Below, piece after piece: positions 22,913-34,462 of a stretch of DNA of 64,000 nt (within the stretch, counting starts at the first letter, position 1; each line of letters starts with the position of its first letter). A program made the position numbers and the translations under genes. Source of the DNA: Podarcis bocagei (lineage: Eukaryota); NCBI GenBank assembly GCA_964188305.1, contig OZ076894.1; one strand, written 5' to 3'. Below the pieces are notes generated by a model. The model saw only the letters and a program-made list of their open reading frames with translations. It searched no databases and was not told where the DNA came from.

Positions 22913-24851
22913 CTTTTATGGCCAAGGAGGGAAAATTTGGGAAACAATTAAAATTATTTAATATATCCAAAATCTATTACTTTTTTTCATCTAACAGTAC
23001 ATCAAAAACAGTATCTGTCACTTCCTACTGATGGAAAAACTGGCATGCAGCCAACATGACCTGTATGAGAATGACAACAGTATATATCTATATAGATATA
23101 TAGAGATATAGATATATAGATATATAAATGTATATATATGTAGAATTCTAGTATTCCTTATCTATGACTGCGGTAAGACATTCACATAAGCAAGTACAGA
23201 AGCAGAACTATGATCAGTGGCTACAAGTCAGGTATTTTAGGACAAAGCAGTTATTTCTAACTCTATACAGCATGTAATATAACTTGTGCCACTACCTTAT
23301 TAAGTTGTATCTGTTTAGTGTCTCTGGGAACTAGCCTAGTGTGCTGTTTCTGTTGATTCACACATGTGCTTGAAACCATCTTTTTTTTGCTAGGAATCCT
23401 TAAATAATTATTAACGTGCTTCTTTCTCCATTTACGCAGCACAAATGAAACAATCATTCTAAGGCCGTTATTGCCTCTAGCAAAAATTAGTACTTACAGA
23501 TGGAAGGGAATAATAGTAGCATCTCATGACAAGGTATGATGAAGCTATAGTTATGGATATCATGTCATCATGCCAGGCTGAGATTAGATTTGGCTGCCAG
23601 TTTTTCTTTAGGTACTATTTGCCATCTGCACTTTTCAATTGTATGTGCAGAAGGTAAATTTTTTTGCTTCTAAAATGTTTTTCTTCCACTGTGGTTACAG
23701 AGGACACACAGCTTTATCTGTCCTACTGGCAAAGAATTACAGAAAACAATTGAATGCACTCAAGAGTGATTACACGAAAGCCTGGATTCTGCCATGAATA
23801 TTGCCATACTCTAATGAAAAAGCACAAATAAGGAAGAGAAGAAAGGCAATCTGGAAAAAAGGGGAGTACTTGTGATAATTAAACAAAAACACATTTCTTT
23901 TACCACAACTGAAGATATGAGAACGTTCGCTGTTTAGTGGTACATGCTCAATGAAGAGTTGGCTAAATCAACTTTTCCATTGCAATCCAAAACTACGAAG
24001 TATAATTATTTGATTTCACACAGATTTTCTTAGTAAATGGCAATAAAATATTTTAACATATAAGCTTATTTTTAAAAAGCTTATAAACAATTTTTTAAAA
24101 ATAAAATAAAAGCAACTACGCAGCTTCCATAAATTTAAGCAGCTTGTCAGCTGCAATGGCCAGCATCCAAAGCAGCGCACATGATGTTCTGATTTCACAT
24201 GGCACAAAGCCATCAAGGTCCTGACAAGGACCCAGTGAGGAACAATAGGAAGGCACAGCGGTGTTTTTCACCCATATATGGACCCATATCCAACTAAGTT
24301 CTACCCCAAGTAGATCCACTGTCTAGAAATTTCAATTGGTCTACTCTGAGTAGGTCTACATGGGCTACCACCCATGGTGTGACATGGATCCTGGCCAATG
24401 GCACCACTGGCTTCTTTTACACACATATCTCTATTGCAATGTATCCTTGAAGCTATGACATTTTCTCATCCTGTGACTAACATTTCATTTTTTTCTTATC
24501 GTATAGGATGACTAAGAGATTCCTTCAAGCAACAAAAGCTAGAAGGCTTTAAAAAAACCACAAACAGCAGATGCACAGCTATCTTCAGTTTTTGATATCA
24601 TCAAAGCTAATCCATTTATACAGGATATAGTGAAACTTACAAAGTGCTTAGTAAAAATGTTAACAGGTGACAAAAAACATTAAAAGTCTTTATCTCTTAA
24701 ATCCAAGGAACATGGAAAGTAACATGAATGAAATTTATAATTCATGGAGTACATATAAAATACGTTGCACTTGCCAAGTCTAGTGGAATGGTTGCTATAA
24801 TATACACAGAGATACATGGAAGCATGTCAAGGAAGAGCAAATATACAGTAC

Positions 24852-24878
24852 CTTTAACTATCTTATCCAAATAGTGAG
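24852..24878 (-). CDS. TENM3: Teneurin-3 alternative microexon 1 (splice site A): AHYLDKIVK
   Basis: Long polypyrimidine tract then tcaAG|CT CAC TAT TTG GAT AAG ATA GTT AAA G|GTACTG; 27 nt, frame-preserving; known 9-aa EGF7/8 insert of vertebrate teneurin-3. Confidence 0.93.
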
Positions 24879-26372
24879 CTTGAGAATTAAAAAGAAAAAA
24901 GAGAACAGACAGACGTTTCAGAAGAGTAATGTAGGAAAGGAATTGTTCAGAATTTACACAGAGAAAGAGCAGTGATTTGCTGAAATGAGATCTCACATCG
25001 CATAGAAAGTTTCCCAGTGTTTAAAAATGTAAATTATTATATCTACAGCAAAAATATACAGTCATCATTTGATTAAACACTCAGCATTTTAAAAATGTGT
25101 TTTCAGACTACAAAACCAACACATTTCCAACTCTACAGTTTACTTTATAGCTGTTTTTGTTATGCCTAGTCTTTTATGTAGAGCAAACCTAACCAAAGTC
25201 ATAATTTTTTTTGATTTTCAGTTCATGTTAAAGCAGCTACGTAACACATGAGCTTTACAGCTTGGCCAAACTGAAGAACCATATATTTGATTTCCAAGTT
25301 GTGTACAGTTCAGACATTCTGGACAGAAAAAGTACTGTATTTTAATTTTGTCCTGTATTATCACTACTTCAAAAAAGAAACAATATACTTCTGCAATCCA
25401 CTTATTTGTCTCAGCGCACTTAGGCAATTATGCAAAACACAGAACTATATTATTTTATTGAAAGCAGCGGTACCTAGCAATGCAGAAGAAACTAACAGAT
25501 GCTTTCAAATTTGAGAGTGAAACAAGGTTACAGATACATATATACAATGTAGCATGTAACATAAAATAAGAGAAAGTCTATTTTTTTTCCCCACAGGTAG
25601 CTGTCATTTCAAGAAATGGTTGGCTGCTGTTTTTTAAAGACAGGACAGTGGTTAAATAATACTTGCTTAATGTTTAACACTGCAACTTACTTACACACCA
25701 TGTGCCTTATTTTCTAGTCACTTACTGTAGGCTAAGTTCAATATAAGTGTGACCCGTATATTATGCATTGTATTGCACTGTTTTGCTTAAATATGCTATA
25801 AAGCACCTAGAATCACTGATGGAGTATATCAATTGTCAATCAAACAAAACAAACAAACCAACAAAAAGCAGACAATATGTGACTAGCTTATTTACTCCCA
25901 ACTTGCAGTGGCAACAGCCTAGCCTAGCATCTATCGACTGATCTACGAAGGTAGTTTCATTGAAACACTTACCAAATGTAGCTTTAATCAGCACGTGTGA
26001 ATTCACTCTAAGATCATATCAGTGAAGCTGAACCTGGTTTGCCCTTTTTGTAAGAGTCATTAGTGACATTATGCAGGATGAGATGGTGGACTGAATTGGT
26101 GCCATTCCAGTCTGTACACTTTCTGACTGCCTATTTTTCGATGCACCATGGAGAATGCTACTGCTTGGTGCATCCCTGGAATCTTAACTTGATGAGCAAA
26201 TCTCTTAAAGAGAGATTACGATGGGATATTCAGGTGTGGTAGGCACAAACATAGATTTCTGTAAGTGATGATCAGCAATGTGAACTGAGCACAAAAGGCA
26301 GACATTGAAGCACTGGTGAAATGTAGTTGGTGACTCACTTCTTTTAGGAGACAAGTTGGCATCTTACTAGAT

Positions 26373-26578
26373 CAGAGCTTTCCAAATTGTGTGTCGTGAC
26401 ACCTTAGTGTGTCTGCTGCAGTGTGTAGGTGTGTGGCATGAATGCTGCCTACGCTCCTCCTTGGGCTGGAAAGTAGTTAGTTTACCCTCTGGTTTACTAG
26501 CAAAACTGAATTACTGTGTTGTGAAATGATGTGTGTCTAAAAAGTTTGTCACCAGCATGAAAAATCTGGAAAGCTTTG
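26373..26578. mobile_element. hAT-type MITE, aged
   Basis: TIR CAGAGCTTTCCA / TGGAAAGCTTTG; imperfect 8-bp TSD tactagat / tactagta. Confidence 0.7.
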
Positions 26579-29500
26579 TACTAGTAGCTAGATGATGCTG
26601 GCAGGAAGCACACCTGGCCATTGCTTCCAATTGGTACACAGCAATAAAAACAGAAATAGTCCCAGATTTTTTGTTGCAGCAGATAAACATGGCTACCCCT
26701 GTGCAATTTACAATAGCTACATGCAGAATGAAAGATTTGAACCAGACTATACGGAAAGATAAAAGTTATGTGTCATGTACATCTGTACTGATGGCTCCAT
26801 GTGTCCATACCATTAGTGGCTCAGTGTATGCGCTGAATAGGAAGAAAGAATAAAATGGAATTGTAGAGGACCCAGTGTGGAACATAGGAATGTCTGTAGG
26901 CAAGACACAGAAAGGATAAGTGAAAAAGGAAGCCATACCTTTGGGAGGTGAATTTAAGGAAAGATGTGGGAAGGTGGAAGGGAGGAGAAAAACAGCATGG
27001 GTACTTCCAGGAGGGTGTTCATTAGGGAATGAGTGTTCATGCACACAAATTTTTCAGTGTTCACATGATGTCACTGGTGTATCATTTCATTTAGATTTAT
27101 CTTTTCCACAGAAAATCTAGTACAGTAAGTTAAAAGAACCTGTTGTGAACAACCTGCGTGTGTGAGATATCTGAGCAGTCTGTTGGCAATATTAAGTCCC
27201 CCATTGGGAAACATCCTAAGTATAGAGGTGGCTTGCTGAAGGGAATATGTGAAATGGAAGACTAGGGTGGGATTTAACGGGAGAATCTTACAGCACTTAT
27301 AGAGCTAACTGGTGAGTAGGTAACAGAGAGGAGTATCTGGACTGGAGAAAAGGTTAGTTTACAGGAGGTGGAAGGAGAAGATGTGTAAGAAATGTCATTA
27401 AGTTGTGTTTGAAGACAATGGTACAAAAGGGTTGGAAGGAGTGTGATGGGAGATGGGGGATAAAGACTAGACAGGAAGATAATATGATGCTATCATCATC
27501 TGCCAATTGGCTTCTCTCTCCTCATTTTCCATGCCTATGGTCTGTCAGGAGCTCCAGTATAAGAAATGGGGGAGAGGAAATGAAAACCATGGCCAAAGGC
27601 ATTGCAACCAATATTCCAAAACTTACTCTTTGCTCAGAGCAGACCCTCTGAAATTAATAGACCTAATTTAGTCGTGTTCATTAATATCAGTAGGTCTATT
27701 CTGAGTAAAACATAGTTGAATACCACCCTTACAATAATTAACATAAATTTGGTGGAAGTATAAATATAGTTAATACTGTACATAAATAACAGCTCCATAC
27801 CAAAATAAATACTCAGAGAATAGAAGGGCAAAATTAGGCTTGGTGCGTAACAAACTTGAATCCCATTTATTTCCCAAGAAAAATGATGTTTGTGGGAGGG
27901 TGATGTGCAATGGAAAAGAGACAGAGCACAGCACTTACCCCTTTTTTGAAGTTAAACACATTTCTGTAACTCTGGTGGGGAAATAGCTCAAGGTAGTTTG
28001 ATATGGAGCTGAGAAGCAGGCAGAGAAAGGATTATGTAGTGCCTGTTACTTCTCCACTCTGTATCATTTCCTCCTGGATGAAATTCCAAATTTCACTATA
28101 AAAATATAGTTGCTTTCCTAGCAAAAGCTCAGACCTTCAAAAAATATGAGCCTGCCCCCCCCAAAACACCCCTGAGCCTCACACCTTCTTAAGAAAATCT
28201 CTCAGATGACAATGGTGGAAATAAGACAAATTTTGAATTATATAATTTGTTGGCTTAGTACTATTAAGAAATTTGACAATAATTGTGGGAGGGCATGGTG
28301 GGAATACATTAGGATTCACATAAGATAAAAGATTTCTAATAGCTTCTGTAATCAACTAACGTAAGAAACATCAACAAACTGCAGAGTGAAAACAAGCATA
28401 GCAACAAGAAGAAAAATTATTCATCTCCATTGTAATTTCTCCAGCAATAAACTATTAAAGCTAGCAGGAAAATTCCCATTTACTATTATGTTTTTTTTTA
28501 ACAACAGGTCTTAATGCAGGCTTTCTAAAATTTAATGCTTTTCATTAGTCTTCCATTAGAGATATAAGTAGGTATCCCCCTTAGATTATTCATATGCTAG
28601 CTCCTGTAGATATGACAGAATAGCTACAGCCTGCAAAAAAGTATATATTAAATCCATTTATTCCAATCATCTCCTGTTTAAATCAGCATGAACAGCATGC
28701 TCAGTGATTTGATGTTCCTTAATTGGTACTCACTGCACTGTTTTATTACTGATTACCCTGTCATAAAGGATTATAGCAGTGACATAATTTTCAATGCAGT
28801 ATAACAAATTCATATTCATATTAGTTTATTCATGCCCTTTACGAGATATTTTCACTTACCATGATCTTTCTTGTCTAGGGCTAGAATAAAAAAGAAAAAT
28901 ACTATCCTGTTTTGCGCACAGCTTTTCAACATGACTGTAAGCTAAGATGTCATGCTAGGGGTAAAATAATTGACCCGGTATTAAAAATGCCTTCCTACCA
29001 CTTAAAATGGAATTTAAATAAAACTTGCAGGCAAAGCTGAGACACAAATTCCAATGGCTAATTCCATGAAACACAAGCTGGTGAATTCATACTCAGATTT
29101 GGGCACAATGACTGATGCACTGGAGAAATTTCATAATTTGTAGCCTTGAAAACTTACAAAGGTTGTTATGCTCACTGTGCTATGAATATTCTTGGTGATG
29201 TTTTCGCAGTAGTTATCACCAGATGTAATTTAGCACCAGAAACCCACTGCATGATACAGGATTGGGTAGAGAAGGAACAAGTAACGGGAGACTCCTAAGT
29301 ATATTTCAGCTACCTAAGAGTCACTTAAGGTCCCACCTCTCTAATATTTGAAATTGAATTTCCTCCTTTGGTTCCAAAGGGGACCCAAAGCCTTATCCTG
29401 GTCCTCTGAAACACCCCACCCCCCACCCCAAACCACTCTAACATATTTTGCTCCACCAATATCAGAGCTCCAACATTGCTAGGGCCACAGAAGTTGCTAC

Positions 29501-29634
29501 AGAGGTGGAGAGGGAACTATATTGGGTCTCCAATACTGGAGTTATCTGCATGATGTATTCTGTGACCCTAGGTCAAAGGATTGCAGACACAGAGATTACT
29601 CTTAGAGATGGATTTTAGTGCTAACTAGCAAATA

Positions 29635-29819
29635 CAGTCATACCTTGGAAGTCGAATGGAATTCGTTCTGGAAGTCTGATTGGCTGCAGGAGCATCCTGC
29701 AAGCCAATCGGAAGTCACACTGGACATTCGGCTTCCGAAAATCGTTCAAAAACTGGAACACTCACTTCCAGGTTTTGATCGTTCGGGAGCTGAATTGTTC
29801 GGGAACCAAGGTATGGCTG
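29635..29819. mobile_element. Tc1/mariner-pogo MITE
   Basis: TIR CAGTCATACCTTGG / CCAAGGTATGGCTG flanked by TA. Confidence 0.8.
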
Positions 29820-32418
29820 TAAATGATTAGGAAGTGTGGTGGTAAGGATTTTGCTTTGCGACTGAAGGCAAATAGGCCAGCAAAGCTGTTTAAGGCTTGA
29901 GCATTAGTTTTGTGATGAAGCATTAAATAAACCATTATTGAAAATTCATTACTATATTTCCTTTAACCTTGTAGTAGCCTTACAATTAATGCAATTTGGG
30001 ACTTTACCAGAAAGGATGGAGGCAGTCTCCTTGTGACACTTCTACTTAATGCCCAAAGAATCATGAAACCAGTTATCATAAAGGAAGGAAAAGAAAGAAA
30101 ATAAGTCAAGCTTTCTTCAAAAGAAACGTAACGACCTGCTTAAATTGGTGTGGACATCCATGAACATGTTTTTCCAGTGCAATCTGCATGAATGTTAAAA
30201 CATTCAGAAAACTAGGAAGCTGATATCAGTATACCCTAACATGACTGCAGAGTCACTCTGTGGTAGAAAAATGTGCAAGCATGTAGCAGTAGCTAGGCTT
30301 AGTTATGCGATCTTTCATAACCTCCACGCAGGCCTGAATTGAAACTATTTGTCTACATTAATTGTAATTAGTGTCACATTGCTGCAAATTCAGTCACATA
30401 ATATCTTCAGTTTCACATGCAATACCTAATATTTTCAGAATTGACAGATGGTATTTCTGTTTTCCCAAGTCTTCTCTTTTATTATCAAAATACTGTCATT
30501 TTCTGAAGTGTTCAAAGTTCTGTGCTGACAGAGGCCTTTATTTCTTCCCACAGAGAATGCTTACTCTTCACTTTCTAATTCTGCAGAAGTAAGAATAATT
30601 CTGAATTTGAACCTACAATTGTAATAGATTGCACTTTTTCTTGCATAGCTTGTAGAGTGCCAGACCAGCTGTATTCTTTGAACATTTTGTCCTCTCGTAT
30701 ATCTATCAATTTCCTGTGCAATGGCTGCTACTAACTTCAATGTGTTCACAGCACGTCTGCAATTTTAAAACTTACAAACTTCCTTCGTGCAGGCTTTTTT
30801 AAAAAAAAACTACTTGTGTAAAGTTCTATGTTCCCCATTTAAATCTGGTAAGAGCATTTATGTTTTTATTGTAACATTTCAAATAGGATTAGAGTAGACT
30901 TTGGGACTACTTAACTGCTAATTAGCTATCAGTATGAAGGCAGCTAAGTGCTATTTATGTGCCTTATTAAAACCATGTAAAATCATATATGTACATGGTT
31001 CCATGGCACAGAATGCCTGTCTTATTTATAGTGCCATTTAAAACAAGCTTTTAAAATCTCGCCATTACTCACACCATTTTTTGATGTTAACGTGCAGGAG
31101 AACAAACTTCCAGCAGCTTCATCTAGCAAGATATATCTAGTAACAAACAATAGGCTGCTTGAGAAGCTACAGGTTCTGTTGCATTAGGCCTGAACCAGCA
31201 GTAGCTCACTATTCTAAAGTCTGTGCTTTCAGTTTCAGATAGTCTTCCCCGGAGCCATAACCTTTAAAAAGCCCCCTAGTCACCCGGCTTTGCCTTCTTG
31301 CCCCACAGACTTGACAAGTACACAATCTCTGTACTTCCATGAGCCCAACAATTCAGTACAAATAATCCTGACTTTGCCTCCCAATTGATGGGAGGCGCAA
31401 AAAACAGGATTCAAGTAATCCAGACTAGTCTGCTGATAGATGTCTCCAACTGCTTTCTGCCTAGCTCCACAAATCCAAAGGTCAATTCATTCTAAACAGC
31501 TTAGCCTTCTTGTAGGAAACAGAGAACTCAGGGAAGTCCCAGTTAACTATTCATGTCTCCTTAAGTTGGTTTTCCTCATACGCTGAGATGCATCCCACTA
31601 ATGATATGCTTATTGCCCCCATCCATTTGAGACTAGGTTAAAATATACATGTCTCCCAGCCAGGTTAAAATATCACCAACGCCTAACTCCATCTCTTCTC
31701 TGAATGCTTAATGGCGTACACTCACATTTATACCACTTACTTTGAACCACATGAATATGTATATAAATATTAATTTTGGACAGAACGATCATTGTTTCCA
31801 CACCATAACAATTAAACAGCTGTAATGCTTCTCGTGAGTTAAGTGTTTGAGCTGCAGGCAAGTTCTTTAAACAGATGGTCTTACTCACCCATATTTAACG
31901 TTACAGATTTATTTCAAAAGGGCTGTTGACAAATCAGAATGCAGCAGAATTTTAATGCAGGTTTTCTAATTTGCAATGTAAATTACCTAACAATAATAAT
32001 GTGTATAGAAAGAAAAAAATTATGAAGCTTTTTAATTGGAGCCACTAATAAAACACTTGAATATAGTAGATTCCTACCAATGTAATTATTTGCTAATTCC
32101 ATTCGACTAAATGCGTTTAATGGCAAAGCAGCTGGTGAAGCATTCACTTTTATAGTGTTCCTATCACAGTTATTTAATTTACCCAAGATAAGTGTCAGCT
32201 AAATTGCAAAAACAATAGCCTATCGCTAACAATCTCCCTTCCAACTTTACACTCTTGCTCAGTTGGGTGTGAATCAATGCAACTTATATGGACCTAAAGT
32301 TAAGCCCACAACTCTGCATTTAGTTATAAGCTGATCTCATTGATACTTCATCACATGTCCAATTGCATCCTATAATTATTTTAGAAAGAGAACTTAATTT
32401 ACTTTATTCTGAAATAGT

Positions 32419-32958
32419 CAGGGCTGGTCCACCCATTAGCCACAGTGAGACCTTTGTCTCAGGCAGATGGAGAGGGCCAGTGCATCTCTCTCTCTGTGTG
32501 TGTGTCCCAGCCCAGACACACTCTCAGTGCCATTTTGCCACTCACTGTGGGTCAGTGCTGTCACCAACTGCCCCCTCCCTCCACTGTCTGCTACGGAGTG
32601 TGGAGCTGCAGCAAAGCTCTCAGTAGCAATTCTTACAGGGCTCTCTAGATAACCTATGCCTCACTTTGAAGAACAGTTCTTCCTCAGAGTGAGTCATTGT
32701 GGATAAAGTGGTCTCTGAGAGTGCCTGCATGATCCCTGCATTGCCATGGCGAATGAAGCCTAAAGTTAAAAATGTATTTATTGCTGTGGAAACAAAGCAG
32801 CACAAGACTTTGTCAGATGAGATGACTGTGGTCAGCCTTGGCACACTTGTGTTGCTATTGATGATGTAGTGGCAAAAGCAACAGCAGCAGGTCAACATGC
32901 TGGAGCAGTGGCAGCTGCCAGTATGCCTCAGGTGGCAGAAAGTCTTGCACTAGCCCTG
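32419..32958. mobile_element. Degenerate hAT-like non-autonomous element
   Basis: Ends CAGGGCTGGT...ACTAGCCCTG; only partial 8-bp flank match (gaaatagt / gaagtggg). Confidence 0.4.
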
Positions 32959-34356
32959 GAAGTGGGATACAAAAGCATATAAATACCACAAAATGCTAGT
33001 GACTGAATCCAGTATCTGCATTCAGTTCAACGGAAGAACTCAATCTACATACATTCACTGAAACAGCAATACAGAATGGGTCCCTCCGTTCAAAACATTA
33101 CAGCATTCTTTGAATTGTACAATGTACCTTATCAGTAAGTTTTGTTGAGCAGGTTTTGGCGCAGTGATGGAGAACTTGTAGCTTTCCAGTTGCTATTGGA
33201 ACTCTAGCTCCAGCCCCCAATAGCCAAGGATATTAAAAATTGTGGCTGCATCAACATCTTGAAAGCTATAAATTCCTTGTGTCTATTTTAGTGCCTGATT
33301 CTCAGTTCCACATGGACCAGCGTTTTAGAGAGTTATCTTTCCATGAAGGCAATCTTAAGTAGGACCAGTAAGGAGCAGAGTGGTCAGTCCACTGTCATAT
33401 CCCAAGTACAGCCAGGTCTTACCCATTCTTCTTTGCTATCCTAGTTCTAGGTTGACAAAGATGAAAGGTCCAAAGATCGAGCCACTGGGAGACAACTGCT
33501 GCCCAGCCTTGGGCCCATTTCAAAGTTTGCTGCTTGCTGGGCTGGGTGTGTAATGTATGTCATCCTTAGTCTCAGTGTTACACCTGTAGAACTCAGCAAG
33601 GAGGATGAGAAGGACAAACCAATAATAAGTTGGCTCTGCCCATCACTGTCTCTGACACCACCTACTGCCTGGGCTTCCCACCTTCTGCCCTACCTGTCCC
33701 AATAAGCACCAGCCACTACAGACTCCACTCATTATTACTTGTTGCTTCTGAACTGATGCTCAAACAAGTTAGATCCAGTTAAAAGCTATATTAAAACTAG
33801 GTTAATATCTCAACAGTTACAGAGCACTGGTTTCCAATGCCTCCCACGTCTCTACTCAGTAGGAAGAAGGCTGATAAGGCAGATGAGCTTCAGGCCAGTC
33901 TGAATTGATGCATGTAGATAAGCTTTGGACTTGAAAACAAGGAGAGGTTCTGCTCACTTTTACTGAATGTATGCTCACAAGGGTTCACACAGCTATTTGT
34001 GCACACAGCTATTAACTTGGTAAAATGTGAAAAGCTTGCAGTTCTCCTGGCATGTAACTCTGAACAATGGACAAGTTCTCAACTTTGGAGAGCGAGGAAG
34101 TATATGCTGATCATATTAGTGAGAAGTAAAGTTCTACAATATGCAAGCCATCAATAAACATAGGTTTAAGGAAGCACCTGATGCAAGTTTCCACTGAGAA
34201 CTTCTATTAGTTTTTTAAAATGTTTCATTTCTTTCCCACCTAATTTTCAATTACTCTTTCTATTTGTTACAGATGGGTAGCCGTGTTGGTCTGCCATAGT
34301 CCAAATAAAAAAAATTCCTTCCTGTAGCACCTTAAAGACCAACTAAGTTAGTTCTT

Positions 34357-34396
34357 GGTATAAGCTTTCGTGTGCATGCACACTTCTTCAGATACC
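34357..34396 (-). ncRNA. Minimal type I hammerhead ribozyme-like motif (sense to TENM3 pre-mRNA)
   Basis: GGUAU-CUGAAGA-A-GUGUG(caug)CACAC-GAAA-GC-UU-AUACC: 5-bp stem I, 5-bp stem II, palindromic AAGCUU stem III. Confidence 0.7.
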
Positions 34397-34422
34397 TGAA
34401 GATATCTGAAGAATATCTGATA

Positions 34423-34462
34423 GATATCTGAAGAAGTGTGCATGCACACGAAAGCTTATACC
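34423..34462 (+). ncRNA. Mirror-image hammerhead-like motif on the + strand
   Basis: Same core as 34357-34396 but stem I reduced to UAU/AUA plus a mismatch. Confidence 0.6.

Noticed and set aside
22572-23031. ORFs with long X runs
   Set aside because: Artefacts of the N gap; only ADKIGYK is a real exon
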